From NCBI GenBank assembly GCA_051362555.1, contig CM120641.1, forward strand, positions 62,001 through 126,000: DNA of 64,000 nucleotides, in the 5' to 3' direction. The translations under genes were made by a program, and so were the position numbers. The stretch is from Lingula anatina (lineage: Eukaryota > Animalia > Brachiopoda). Each line of letters opens with the position of its first letter. The first letter of the stretch is position 1. Under the pieces are notes generated by a model. It saw only the letters and a program-made list of their open reading frames with translations, had not been told where the DNA came from and did no database searches. Positions 29,431 to 44,010 of the stretch are shown here, in pieces.

Positions 29431-30777
29431 ACCAACAACAACAACAGGTTCTTTCCAACCTTTTCCGTCGCCTTCTCATTCACATTTATTACTGAACGTG
29501 TAGTCGGGGCCTGCTAGAGCAATACATTATATTCCTCTCTACCTACTCGTTTAAAAAAGGAATTAGCGTTGTCAGTGAGTCCGCCTCGTAGGCAGAATTG
29601 TTGATAAATAAGACCTAAATACGAGGAGGGATTTACCTCTTGAACTTTAGGAAGTATAGAAAGTCGTCCAACCTCAGATATTCCCCTTCAGGCCAACTGA
29701 AACGGGGACGGCAGCGTTTAATCTTTCACGATCCAAACACAGGTTTAATATTTAGGGATCAACTTTATATAGAAACAGACACAACGGTAAAAAAATATTG
29801 TCATAAATGCCTCATCCAGAAGCAGCTGCTGGGGTGCAGAGTAAGCTGCAGAGCATCCGTCACGCAGGGGATTTATCATGAATATGTGGTTGATTCTTAA
29901 GATTCTGTAGACATAATTGCCACAGGTTGATTCTGATAATAATAATAATTATTATTATTATTTCTTAAACCCGCGCTACACTTGCGTCTCAGCGCTGTTT
30001 ACATGGACGTTATAATCATGTTTGGCGAGCAACTTAACGGCAGGCGATGTTGGCCAAGAAGAAGTTTATGTTGCTAAAATATTGAATGAACAGCGTGCCA
30101 CGCTTTCGCTGGTCGTCTTCAAATTTCCAATACTTCCCACTGGAACGGCTTTGGGAAGACATGTCTAATGACAATTTCCTGAATGTCAATCAACGTGAAT
30201 GTAATAATAGTTGTCTGTTTGTCTGCCAAATAATAAAATCATAGGCCTGTGAGGATTATTGGCATTTCATTCGTGCTGCAAATTCACTTTCAAGTTCACT
30301 TTTGCTGCCAAGCACATGTAATTTACAGTAAAAAAAAATCCAGACGATACACTTTTCTGCGAAACCTGAAAAAAAAGTAAATTTTGCAGGGGGGGTTCTA
30401 GCTTCTTCTACATACATGGGTTTCTCAGAAAGGATCTCACGTTCAACAACAAGTTTTGAAAAACATTTTGGGTCACGAATTCTGTAAATAGACGTACATG
30501 TAGCTTTCCGGTCGGTGTGTTAAGTTCCAGGAGAAGATGGGAAAGAGTTGTTTTACAAGCGATGGCTGGCACACCGACGATTTCTGCACTTAAAAAGCGA
30601 CAGGCAATGGGATTATTCGTTTTACCCATGCGATGCAACTTTGGAGACACTGTAATTTGTTTTCAAGGAAACTCGCTGGCCTGTCAATTAGAGAAATAAA
30701 AGCTGACACGCCAAACGGGAGTATGAGATTGCAGGCTATTATAGATCTGAAACCGGCTGCTGTGAACACTTGTATGA

Positions 30778-30778
<1 letters not shown>

Positions 30779-30821
<43 letters not shown>
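30779..30821. repeat. (TG)n microsatellite
   Basis: Direct reading. Confidence 0.97.
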
Positions 30822-30823
<2 letters not shown>

Positions 30824-31888
30824 ATACGTATTTGAGTATTTATATGTATATGAATTCGTAAACCATCTTATCTCTTGTGCTGGGAAGTGTAAGATTTGAC
30901 ATTAAAAATATTGACATAAAATACTATTTTGGCAAAGTTGCCACAACAGAAACTAGGAAAAGTGGATTTAAATGTTCCGATAATGCAACCCAATTACTGC
31001 CATGACGTCATCCGCCCTGCTTGATTCTAATATATCCATCGCGCTGTGTCTGACTCGACATGCAGTCGGCTTCTAAAGACAACTTGGCAAAATAATCAAA
31101 ACTTATCTGGGCTTGGAAACAGGACAATTTTGAAATCAGTTTTCCTTTTTTCGAAAAGGATAGCTTACCAAACATATAGGGCGAGGCGCCTTAGTTCGTT
31201 AATATGTTTTCCAGCAAAGCCATGTCTTAGACTATGGCAAATACTTAAGATTACAAACCTTATTCCTAAACACATCTCTATTCTTAAAACATTTCCTAGC
31301 TAAAAAGTTAAATTTAAGCTTATATAAAAAACATGTGTAAATTGTACATTTTTGTACGGTTCTTCACTTACATTATCCAGCGCACACTGCAAGCTGTAAG
31401 CTGAGCTACCTGTCACGTTAGACAAGCTGATCCTTTTGACTTACATGAGGTACACGCACCTCTTGAATAAATAAAATCAAGAAAAACGCATCTGTTACTA
31501 AAAGAAGATACAGCCCTTCTTAAATATTGCTCAATGTATACTTAAAAAATGAAAAAGCAAAAGCAACAGGTTGAGCTACCAGCGGGGTATTAATTAACTA
31601 TTCTGAGCCAACTTGACTGACAGGTGCTAACTTGATCTTAATACGCGCTTATCAATAATGACGGGATTAACCCAGCTATACATCCGCTGTAAACGTGAAT
31701 GATACTTTATTCTCAGATATGTGCAGCCATTATTAATGACAATTAAGATTTACTGACACTATAGAATAAGGTAGAATTTGAAGAGCTGCGTTTAACAATC
31801 CACCCCCATTCTTTCTAAATACTACTGACTCGTGGCAGGGTTGGTTCTAGAAAATGTTCAAACTCAGTGGTTAGTGTGTAAAATCTCA

Positions 31889-31919
<31 letters not shown>

Positions 31920-33080
31920 GAAAAAGATCGCACATCAGCATAAAAGAGCGTCCATCATATTAGTCCTTCATTTGTTGCGCTCCAAAATCTACGAAAGGAG
32001 GTAGTATGTTTGTTGTCTTTGAAAATATCTTGCAATTGAATATTAGGCAATAAGAGATTTTCAAAGATACGCTTATTATTACTAACATCATAACTCTCAA
32101 ATCGAAATAACCAGTCTTTTATCATGATATTGATTACAAAGTGAAACTGGTAAACGAAGAGCGTTCCTAGTCAGTTATGAGCAGCATGCAGGTGAGTTGA
32201 CAGAGTTGGAAGTATTGGAGGCTAGCGTTCTGGTCTCAGTGATCGTCATAAAACGTGTGTGACACCGTCACAACTTGACTAACGACAGGGGACATCAAAG
32301 AAGACAAGGGCACGGAGGGTTACCATCCAAACGGTACAATATCTTTATACATAACCCTCAATTCCATTAACTTTTGTACACAGGCATTAAGCATTGTGAA
32401 TATGTTCATTTGAGTCTGACTTCGTCATACAACAAAACCTTTTCTGACTCAAACAGTCCCCCACTCACAATGGTGTTCTCTTTATGGTCCGTGACAGTTT
32501 CACCCAGATAAGCAATAGCGTTACACAATACGGTTAGTGAACTGAAAGAGAATACCTCACAATGTGTTCTTTTTCCTCTGACATATGACTGAAAATGATA
32601 CAAGGCTTCATTAAGAATAGGAGTATTCTTTACAGCTCTATAGATTTAATGGTTATTTAGTGCTAGGGTCCAACATAATGTTGGATATTAGTGAAAATAA
32701 TGTAATTGAACTCTCTATTGTCACTGGGTAATGTCACGAGCACACAGACACTTTGTATTCAGCCTCACTATGGTGCATCTCTTCTGTATTTTGATGTATG
32801 TTACAAAACTTTGAGCACTTTCACCTGAACTATCTATTATCTCCCTTTATTTTCAACAGCGATATACTAGGTTGTTGCTTCTTTATTCAATAAAGTGTTT
32901 ACATTGGCATATCTTATGAAACATTGGATTTATTTAACAATGTGGATTTAACTGACAACAACAACTCTGATTTCATGGATTTTGTAATATATATTTTAAG
33001 ATGGATATATGTTCGCATTATTATATTTTAACCTTTTGATATTTGCAGATTAGACACGCACATACACACGTACGCACGCA

Positions 33081-33083
<3 letters not shown>

Positions 33084-33120
<37 letters not shown>
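33084..33120. repeat. (CA)n microsatellite
   Basis: Direct reading. Confidence 0.95.
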
Positions 33121-33121
<1 letters not shown>

Positions 33122-35426
33122 TGTTGGACAGGTTATCTCAAATTATCATTTATCACACATTTCTGTCCAATAATTTGGTTTTCGATATCAGTCCATTATT
33201 TAACAGATATCGCCATCCAGACCTCGTTATCGTTGAAAACAGCGTTTGTTCACTACTGTTAATCTCTGATGTACATCGCTATAGCCTGAATGCTTAGATT
33301 TCTGTTTTGCGTGTCTATTTTTATTTTTATTTGGCGTGTCAGCTTCTATTCCTAATCACAAGGAAAAATGTATTGATGATTGTTTTTGTATTGTTAATGA
33401 CGAGCAATGTTGACGCCATGTTGATAGCTTACTGAGTGACATCCTATAGACAGCATATGGTCGGTATACTGCTCTTGTGTTCAGTTTTATTGATTTTTAT
33501 CTATTGTCAAATTCAAATATATACCAGACTCTATGCAAATCACTTCATTGATTACAATGTATCATTTGGCACCATGAAATATAAATTATTATGTTCCTGT
33601 TTACTCATATCATAAAATAAAGACACCTAAACGTATCCATGGCGACAGGGACAACAAATATGGAGCATATGTACCTTTAGAACTATTTTTTCCATCACTG
33701 AACAATGTGAACAAAAGCGCATCAAATTACAGTCATCTCAAATCAAACATTACTAGCACAAAGTTATGAAGCATTTCAGATATAATGGCATCGTTCATAT
33801 GACGAATCTGTTTTTGAATGGTGATATAACTATTTTAATTAATTTTTTTTAGTGACACGTTCAAAATCTTTCTACGATAGTGGAATAACAGTAGTTTGTT
33901 CAGAGATTCATTAAACACACGACGACGTTATTTTCATCGATTGCCAGCACGTGTGTGTACGCGTGCGCGCGCCTTAGAAATAAACTTCGTTAGCTAAAGA
34001 GGTTCAGTTACTTACATTTGTGAAAACTATCAACATTTCAATAGAGTCAGTTGCAGCCGGAACTTTAAAACTTTTAAATGAAGTGCAGTCCAGCAGCTAC
34101 ATATAAAACAGGCGTCGTCCCGTGAATCAGACGATACCCCCCCCCCCCCCCCCATTATGGGGCTATGTCAGTCCCAGTAGACAGTCAGGGCACCATTGCT
34201 GTCCAAAGACAGGGACGGTCTCTACAAGTCTTACTGGAGAGCACGCCTGTACTGCCATTTCTTCTTTTAAACATGGCGGTCATTAGCCTTTGCATTCCAT
34301 ATTAAATCTTAATGATAATGTACTTAAACTTAATTTATGATAACTTATCAGTAGCAGCCATTACAAAGTGCTTTGCTATTTGCGTTTGCTAATTTTATTT
34401 TATTGTAGCTTTCTTGAAGTAAGCTTATTACCAAGTACCTCCCATCTTGAGGGATCTGGAGAGGCATTTACAAAGTAATTTTCCGAGCCAGTGATTTACG
34501 TCTTTCTCCTACAACATTGGCATTTGATGGAGATCTAATCTTTGAGTCGTTCTTCACCTTTCGTAGCTGTAATAAAAAACTGTTCAACCTACCACATAAA
34601 TACAGGTGAACAGACCTCCATGTTTTTATTAACCTTTCATTGTAATACAATACGGTAAATAGCTTTTATTTGTACTTTAGCATTTCCTTTAGTATGCCTT
34701 CAATAAATAAAAAATGTTGAGTAATGAATACAAGTTCCCGACGTAAAGATGAGTGTAACTTGAGAACGATCGATAAAATTTGAGACAGTTTAGACACTGT
34801 TGCGTGAGGTGATGTGCACTTATTTCTATCACTCAGAGGAAACTTTAAAAGTTAAATCAGTGACGTTTATAATTGACATTGTAATAATTTATGCAAGTTT
34901 TTCTGTACAGTGAAAAGGATGCTCATCTTCAGTACTACATTAAAACAGACCCATGGGTATATCATTAACAGAACGTTTACCTAGTGCCAGCAAATATCGT
35001 TTAGCACCTCTTGTAATTGTTGTGGACAAAGCCAACCTCGTGTTTGCGAAAACAAGTCCTGTGTTTTCAAAACACGTCAATACCAGATTAAGCCGCTGGC
35101 TCTGTGACTTGGCTCTCCAGGCAATGAGGTGTAGTGAAGGCTACTTACCGCCATCGCGTTCTTGGACGAAGACATGCACAAATAATTGTGTTTACTTATC
35201 TTATTGTCTTGCCAATACTAATGGCCTCTAGACGTCATATATGGAACAATTTATGGGCGACAAAGTATATTGAAGAGAATGGTCATTTAATCCGTGGGAG
35301 AAACTGAATCTCGCTAAACCAAACGCCTTTCTAGAGTTACATGAGACAGTTACATTTCGCCCGAGACATTCAGCTATATAGATAACAGAACTATCAATAT
35401 GCAAAGTACAACATACTCAACTTCAG

Positions 35427-35610
35427 TAATATCTTGGCTGTCGTATTTATTACTATTTCAGGGAAAAAGCAATGGGTCTGCAAAAGACGTTCTCTCATCA
35501 GATTAGAATAGTATTTGATATATATATATATAAATATATATATATCAAAAGTATGCATACCCATTGCTTTTTCCCTGAAATAGTAAATAGTAATAAATAC
35601 GACAGCCAAG

Positions 35611-35616
<6 letters not shown>
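35427..35616. mobile_element. Foldback/MITE-like inverted repeat next to a (TA)n(GA)n microsatellite
   Basis: 35427-35477 is the reverse complement of 35559-35616 apart from a 7-bp duplication. Confidence 0.65.

Positions 35617-35684
<68 letters not shown>
35615..35684. repeat. Compound (TA)n(GA)n microsatellite
   Basis: Direct reading. Confidence 0.96.
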
Positions 35685-35686
<2 letters not shown>

Positions 35687-36322
35687 CTTTTCTCTTGCAG
35701 AATCACCGTCAGGCAATTATGAGAATATCTTGCCGCGATTCAAGCATAAGGCTACAACGTCTACAAGAACTTGACAGCAGGGAATCTTCATCTTAATGCT
35801 GGCATATGCCAACTGAATGATCAGAAACTGGCGATCGCATTAAATATTAGTGAAATTAATTGGGCTGGGTTTGCAAAGGCGACAAATAATTACTTTTTCT
35901 TGCTAATCTATCCGGATAAACAGCAAAGTGACATTTCAATGGAGTTGATCAATTTCCGAGGAAGCTTTCAGGGGATAACTCTTATCTGTCACTGTAACGC
36001 GTGGTGTTGTCTTGAAAAATATGTACACACGAAATTAAAGGTAAACAGGGCGACAGCAACATGGATAAGACACTCCCAAACATACGTGTATATAGAAAAC
36101 AAATAAGATAAATTCAGTCGGCATGGGCTTAAGTGATAATATTTTCGTATCCCTTCAAACAAACTACAACTAGCCTGAGTGTCTGGATTTCTTATCGGAA
36201 ACAAATACCTACTTGCGTGAAAACGTACTATTTCATCTAGGGCTACCTTCGGCAGGAGTCGCTGTTGTTTGAAACAAAATTTTGTTCCATTTATAGGCAG
36301 AAACCCCTGCTGGGGGGAACAT

Positions 36323-36846
36323 GTACCATAGCGGACAGAGACCCCTGTCGGAGGGTACCATAGCGGACAGAGACCTCTGTCTGAGGGTACCATAGCGGAC
36401 AGAGACCCCTGTCTGAGGGTACCATAGCGGACAGAGACCCCTGTCGGAGGGTACCATAGCGGACAGAGACCTCTGTCTGAGGGTACGATAGCGGACAGAG
36501 ACCCCTGTCTGAGGGTACCATAGCGGACAGAGACCCCTGTCTGAGGGTACCATAGCGGACAGAGACCTCTGTCTGAGGGTACCGTAGCGGACAGAGACCC
36601 CTGCCTGAGGGTACCATAGCGGACAGAGACCTCTGTCTGAGGGTACCATAGCGGACAGAGACCCCCTGTTAGGGGGGACCATAGCGGACAGAGACCTCTG
36701 TCGGAAGGTACCGCGGCGGACAGAGACCCCTGTTAGGGGGGACCATAGCGGACAGAGACCCCTGTTAGGGGGGATCATAGCGGACAGAGACCACTGTCTG
36801 AAGGTACCGCGGCGGACAGAGACCTCTGTCGGAGGGTACCATAGCA
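36323..36846. repeat. 32-bp minisatellite, about 16 units
   Basis: Unit gggtaccatagcggacagagac(c/t)cctgtctga-like; explains ORFs 36233-36907 and 36291-36617. Confidence 0.96.
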
Positions 36847-37767
36847 GAAAAACTGGGGGTGTAACCCCAATTAACCCCCCCCCCCACACACACACACACA
36901 CACACACCGCCGGCTCTTTCGCTTATGACTACTGAGCTACTGAGTCGGATAATAAGAGCCCAGGCCACGTAGTTATTGTCCACGACTAAGTGGCTGAGCG
37001 GACACAAGGACAGTGCAACGATCAAGAACGGAAGTCGCCCTAATTCAGAACCGAGCATGTGCGCCCAAAATTGCGTTTACACATTAATCGCATTGTTGTG
37101 ATTCCGGCTCGAATCCAGTAAGGAGCAATTCGGGTTAATTTTCTGGGAAAACGAGTCAGTGCCTTGCACATTCGACTTGATGTATGAACCGCTTTGCCGG
37201 CAGTAGTCGGCTCGGCTCGAGTTGGGATTCCTAGATCGGAATCAGATTTTTTTTTATTTCTGACTAATGTAAATGTACCTAAGTATTTCTTATACAGGTT
37301 ATCTGTAGAAATGTGAAGGGGTTTGTTTGTCTGCCGGCACAACCAGTCCAGGCTTATCAGATCGGACTCATTTCACGTTGTCGATGGTTGGGACCTTTCC
37401 GCTTTACAAGTGTGCCAATCGCAAAAATAAATTACCTTTCGCGAGGAAATGGGATAATATGATTTTCCAATTAGGTCGATAGAAAGGCCAGACCTTGCTA
37501 GGCTGCGGATGTCGCTGGATTTCTTCCCAGACTTCTTTCTATCCCTCTCCCCACCAATGGTATGACACCAGCTGTGTATGATATGATATGTGATATGATA
37601 TAATATGATATTTTGCACATTATTCATCCTATGAGATGCGCGTTGAGACAATCTTCGACATTTAATTCTATTTTCCAAAAGATAAAAAAAGGCACGAGAG
37701 TAAGGTTGGTTTGATCACCAATCTCCTCATATCAACTGTTTTGTCCCCCATTTAATTTAACCTTTAA

Positions 37768-37773
<6 letters not shown>

Positions 37774-37823
<50 letters not shown>
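37774..37823. repeat. (CT)n microsatellite
   Basis: Direct reading. Confidence 0.96.
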
Positions 37824-37825
<2 letters not shown>

Positions 37826-38598
37826 AGCGAGATGACCATTCCCCGTGACCATGTGAAGTTCAATAGATCACCAGCTAAGATCAACTTGAAAGCGTTTATT
37901 CAACAATAGGACCAAACGTGTGCCGCTTAAAGCTGTTGGCTTAGTATCTAGATATACTAAATTGTTGATATTACTTTCATAGGTAAATATAACACAGACA
38001 ACACGGGGTAGTGTTAAGTTCCGTAGATTTGTTTAGTTCCCCGCTAAACATAGAGTTTGCGTTTAGTGCCACCAGGCAGGATTTCATGTTTTTACACATA
38101 TTTGCCATTGCTGTAAAATTAATGAATCCCGGCATTTTACAATACCGCACTGATTAAACAGATGGGAAAATCATAATTAAAGTAAGAATTATATTCTTGG
38201 TTTATTTCTAAAAACGTCAGAAAAACACACAGGTTTTCCCGTCATTTCACGCGTGTTCATTTCGCATAAAATGGAAAGCCTGGGTCATTAATATTTAAGG
38301 GTACATAGTGATTATAGGCACACGGTCTTAGCAAACAGTATATAGCTCTTGACCATCTAAAGTTGACCCCTTTTAAATGGCATATCGCGTGATATGGGGG
38401 CCTTTAAAATGAAAACATATGTTTTCTTACTAAAATTATTACTTATCGCTACTGTATGCTGTCCGGATAGGGTTTGTCACGACAAGTAAAGCAACTGCAA
38501 ACTGAGCCATATAACGTTTCCCTGCTACACTCAACTTTTACTATCCCGCGGTTACTTTGACTGTGATTAACAACGATGCCCTTTTGATTGGGTGGTTG

Positions 38599-38696
38599 AA
38601 ATCTACCTACCTTTAAATTAATGTCAAAATTACTCGATCACTGACGCTTTAAATCTACCTACCTTAAAATTAATGTCAAAATTACTGGATCACTGA
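38599..38696. repeat. 52-bp-period tandem duplication
   Basis: aaatctacctacctt.aaattaatgtcaaaattact.gatcactga x2. Confidence 0.85.
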
Positions 38697-39273
38697 GCAG
38701 AAAACACGAAATTTCACTAAGCAAAAAACAAAAATACATCCCCACTGATTCCCCAGTTAATATTATTAGCATGGCGATGAAAGATGGAGATGGTATTAAT
38801 ATCTATGATTGCAAGACATCCCAGTATATACAGAATGTTATTATAATGTGGTTAAGCTATCAGTCCACGCAACCAGTGCAATATTCGGACCACGCCTCGT
38901 CTCCTGTTTACATGTATACTGACACCATCCAACACACGTCAACGTGCATGACTTTAAAACTAGATTGATTAAGTATGACTTTCTTTCTTCAAACAAACCC
39001 TCGATTGCCTCTTGTTTATATTCTCCCCTAAGCTAGCACGGGGATAAATAAGACTTATCTTCTGCGTCCTTTTGACGTTAAGAAGGGAAGAGAAAGAAGT
39101 ACACGTTCTGAGTGAAAACGCACCAGGTCATACCGATAACTAGCAGACAGTGACACAGGGAACGCTATCATATTGCTAAACAGTGGACACCACAGTACAA
39201 GGCATATAAGTACAAGGCATAACCTTAGGCTACTGACTCTGGCCGCGGCTATAACATGAAGCATGAAGCTTAC

Positions 39274-39542
39274 CTGGGTGACTTAGAATATTTCCTAAAC
39301 TTCTGTCTGGTCAGCTCTGACACCGTCCTCTGAGCCTGCTGGGGCTCGGCTGAGATCCCCTGAGCACGCTGTTTCCTGGGCCCAAACTTGGGGCTCTTGG
39401 GGCCAAACACAGACTGATATTTATCCAGCTGGCTTCTTAACTCCTGGATCAGTCCATTCTTGTGTTCGATCTCTAGCTGAAGCTCACGAATCTGATCATC
39501 TTTCATTCGTAGTAGTTTCTGCAAGTCCTGTAAACTTCCCAT
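39274..39542 (-). CDS. PRKG1: PKG alternative first coding exon, I-alpha/insect foraging-like
   Basis: MGSLQDLQKLLRMKDDQIRELQ...ELRSQLDKYQSV...PRKQRAQGISAEP; RAQGISAEP is the pseudosubstrate region of PKG-I alpha/for; phase-2 donor AG|gtaagc. Confidence 0.93.
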
Positions 39543-40298
39543 GACGCAGCAGAGAGATAATAACCACACTGTACGAGTGTGTCTGTATGTGTCAGTGTAG
39601 AAGTAGTGGTCGTGTAAAACTAAAGCAAGGCCGTGGTCAGTGAAGTCGATAAATCACAATCTACCTGCTTTGACTGCTAGATATAAATTACTACAGTCAT
39701 CCCCTGATGATTTCAAAATCCCTGTAAGAGTCCAACTCTCCGGCTGAGTATTGATGTGGATGACGGTATATTTCACCTGAATGCCACTCCACGTAACTTA
39801 CACAGTACTGCTATTAATCACATGACAGACGGCAGCTCCACCTTGCGAGGAGGTCGTCTAATTGAGTGGTGGTGATAGTGTTATGGCGATAATGGCCCCT
39901 GTGCCTAAAGGCATCAACACAGACATCAGTTTTGACCCTTGAGATTTTGACATGTTAAAATACAGTGGTTCACAGTAGCGTGGAAGGATACGTATAATGC
40001 GTACAGATATGACGGAATCAACAAACAACATGCGTACTTCTATGCGTACACCTCTACGCGGGTCGCAATGATTCCATGAAGAATGTCGTATATTTTTCAG
40101 CCAAACTTCACAATTTTTATTTCATGGGTCGTTATACAGGGCTGTTAGATTTACAGCGCACGAAGTGAGCAGGCTTTTTTTTAAAGGTTCATAGAAGTAG
40201 AAAAATATGCGTAGGAATAGCGTTAATAAATCCATCGTTGACGAAATACATTGTGCACGGGGTATAGGGAAAAACTTTGATATTTTTGAGTTGCAGAT

Positions 40299-40315
40299 TT
40301 ATTATAATAATAATA

Positions 40316-40358
<43 letters not shown>
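40299..40358. repeat. (AAT)n/(ATT)n microsatellite
   Basis: Direct reading. Confidence 0.95.
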
Positions 40359-40361
<3 letters not shown>

Positions 40362-43300
40362 CCTGTTGAAATGATGCTGTTAAATACAAAAAAGTAGAAA
40401 TAATGACCATTATTTATCGCCATTTCGATAAGCGGTCTTGGCAGACATCTAGGCATCAATTATTTGGGGCAGAAGGACTCAGTGAGTGCCTCACTCCATG
40501 TACTACCGTCCACTGCAATCAACGACTGAAGGATTAAGTTTATGCATTATCCGACGCATCAGGGGTTGCAACTTGCACTATATAATTATCGGGGGGAAAT
40601 TTTTCTATTTGTTTAAATATTCAGTATTGTCTATAAGAAGTTTTTTATAAGATATTCAGCAGTTTTTGATTACCTCTCAAGACGAGCTCAAGACCTGTCC
40701 AAAGACACAGTTACGATACGCTCCATGACTTAATGTGTTGACAGTTGACAGAGGTACATGTCCCATTATAATAGCAGTATGACAACACCTTGAACTGAAA
40801 TATATTCTATGTGGACCAGCTTTCAGTCATGGTCATCTTTGGGGCAAGCTGTTCCCTTTGCTCACGAATCCTAGAGATTTCTGGTATCAAAAACCTGAAA
40901 CTGATTGCAGTATTTCATGCAAGGACAACAGCGGGTCTATTTTAGAAAGTTCTGCGTTAATTTTTAATTCTATGCTATAAAGTTTCGACTTGAATCCTGC
41001 ACGTAATGGACGATAGTTCCATCAGAACCAGACAACACTCTCGTGCTTGTTACCATAGCAACACAGCAGATTAATTTATTTTTATTAAACTTTATTTATC
41101 GATGGCAAAACAATGTTAAATATAAAACGTATCTTCCCCGTGGTCATCTCACGCACTATATGTGTATATGTCACTTCAGTCTTCCTGTTAAGAATGTCAC
41201 TGGCCTGGTGACCTTTTGTCAACAATTTTTGTTCAAACTCTTTGTTTTCAACACAATTCCCTAGACATCTCTGGCTGTGTATCTTTTAATATACTACAAA
41301 TGTCAGCATTTAAATGTCATGACAGTCCCATGATGTGACACCCGGAAGCTCAGTTTGGAGTTTACTTGAGAATCTATTCGTGTTCTTGTACGGAAGTGAA
41401 TCTCCAATTTACATCTTAAACTAAGGGTAGTATAAAGACTATCAAGGAGAGATAGAGCCAGAAGTAAAGTATATCTTACAGTGGGAGGAGATGACATCTA
41501 CAGGTTTTCCCAGAACATCTTTTCTAATAAAAAGTGCCCCTCGTGGACTGCCATTGCCGGTCATATAGCAATTCTAGCGTCCCTGGGCAGCTCTTACGTC
41601 TGATTAATGTCATCAATATCATTAATATGTACATTTCATCAGTACTTATCTATAATTTCATCTTTCGTTTCTTTTCGTGGGATATGGGATATCTTGAAGG
41701 ATATCATTTTTGAAAATGTATACTCGACGACATCGGCTCAGTACATAAGGTCAAAGAATAAATTCTAGCAGGTGAAAACATTTCCTGGCTCAACCTTCTT
41801 CTAATTTATCTATACCAGCATGCTGTAATATGCGTGTAATCGTTGTTGACACGATATCAAATGAGAAGCAATAATTAACGATCTCAGAAGGTGAGGAAGT
41901 TACTGCCTAACACATTGCCTTATGTAAGACTGGACGTGAATGGAACAATTACAATCAGTGCTTTTTTTCATTAGTATCATTATTATTTACTTCGTGTTCA
42001 TTACATAACATATTTCAATTAAAGCAGTACAAGTTTCCTGATATCAGCCAAGAGAAATATTTAGTTATTTGCGTCAGTCAATATAATCTCCAGCCAATCG
42101 TAAAAAGATGAGCTCTAAAACTAACCCATGCCCTCTATGACGGCTGATCTAAGCCCTTTGTGACGGTAGAAAAGTCCACCAGTGTTTATGACACAGATAG
42201 ACTTGCACCCCATTTACATAGATTTTTAGATCGATCTATCCCTGTGGGGAGTCTCACCAGATTACTGTCAGCTTGGCCGGCTTAAGCGTCTGTCCCGCCT
42301 ACTAAAAGCTGTAAGGGGGTAATTAACTATGGTGCCCGCTCGGCTGACTGCAATTTAGCGTGAACCCCCAGGGAGTTAGGTCGATCTAAATCTTAATCTT
42401 TAGATCGATCTAAATCTCTGGGAAAGCACCCCAAGGGTGAACATAATTTGACTGCTACTGGAAAGCTGAACGCTTTTAACGGCAGTACACGGGACCTACC
42501 TCTGCCTACCTACCGCCGTGTGCACGTGTTAGCGACACCGTCAGGGAATATGCTACAAAATTTTTATGTAGATTCTGAAACCTTATACCAAGACTCGTCA
42601 TTTATATTTAAATTCATTTATATATTTGTAAGCATTTCCCGTCTCTACCTCTAAGTAAAGAAGATGCCGTTCATGCAAGTGTCACAGTGGCACAAAGGCA
42701 CAGATTGTGGTAGAGGGGATTTGTCTCAATCAATGCATTTTCACCAGTAAGAAGAGGTAGAGAGAGCTATTTGGAGAGATGGCAGAAAGAGAGAGGGAGG
42801 AGGTACAGACTTTGAAGCTACATAATATCTATTAATACTTTCCCCGTTGTTTTCAAATGATCACTTAAAAATCACTTTTCTTTCTTTTTTGGGCTGTGTG
42901 CAAACACAAAATCAGTTTAACGCATGCATTATACAAATTAGAAAAATGGTTCAAGTCTCGGTAGTGAGGCACTTACCAAATCTCAGTCTGTTATTAACAG
43001 TAAGGTAAACAAGAGTCAAGTCCTTTCCATTAGTTATCAGTAAACAAACAAATATAGTTATCAACAGCATGGGTCGTTTATTAAATTAAAAACGAGGTCG
43101 TGTATATTGATTGACGTAACTGCAACCATATGAAAATGGGTCATAGACACGTAAACATAAACATGTTTATGTTGATGCATATAACAGACAAAATAATAAA
43201 AAAATACTTAGTTTTTGTTCGAATTTCATACACAATGAACCTCATACGTGTGTTATGATCGTGATTCGTGATTGTCTGGTTGTGGTAAAGTCACAGGTAT

Positions 43301-44010
43301 CGAAATATAATACTATGTACGTGTATTGTACGTCACTGTAGCCAGAAGCCACAGTTGAAAATTGGCGCAGCACCCTCCCCCTCCCCCCCCCCCCCTCCCA
43401 ACCAGCCACCAACAGGGGGTTCAGATCACCCCAGATCCAGTCTATCATTACAATAAATTACTGATAATGAAAAACGAGGCATTCTTCTGTCTCAACTTAG
43501 CTACGGTTGTGTACCGGCATATTTACCCTATACTTTGTCTTTGGGGTTGTGGTCTACTCAATGTGTTATAAAAATCAGTGTTGGGATTCTAACATTACAT
43601 TCAAGCAAAATACGAATCGTACATTGAAAATAAAAACACACAAGCAAAAATTGGTGGTGAAAAGGTGTTGAAAAGGCGAAGATTGGAGGCCTTTTTGTTG
43701 TATTGTATTGAAAATAAGAATTGTTTACCTTGTGTTGTCTAGATAGTTTCTTTAAAGTACCTGAGATCATCAAATACAAACATGATGTCAAGTACATTGA
43801 GCAAATAACAAGCAATAATCTACAATTTTGTACAATTCAAATAGCCAATGAATATTGATAAATAATAATTGAACAATACAAGTAAGAAAATAAGTTAATG
43901 TAATGTTCAAGGGAGGATCTTTGGATTAAGCAGATATCTAAAAGATAATTAATGAAAATCATGTTATGTCTAAATTTTCTTATATTCATCCACCCACATC
44001 TGGACATTTT

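Noticed and set aside
29180-29517. Proline-rich or Gly/Trp-rich protein
   Set aside because: Open in several frames on both strands because of the C-rich tract; no splice support.
36233-36907. 224-aa repeat protein
   Set aside because: Artefact of the 32-bp minisatellite and (CA)n.
42205-42433. Possible MITE with tagatcgatcta palindromes near both ends
   Set aside because: Termini too degenerate to define TIRs or a TSD confidently.
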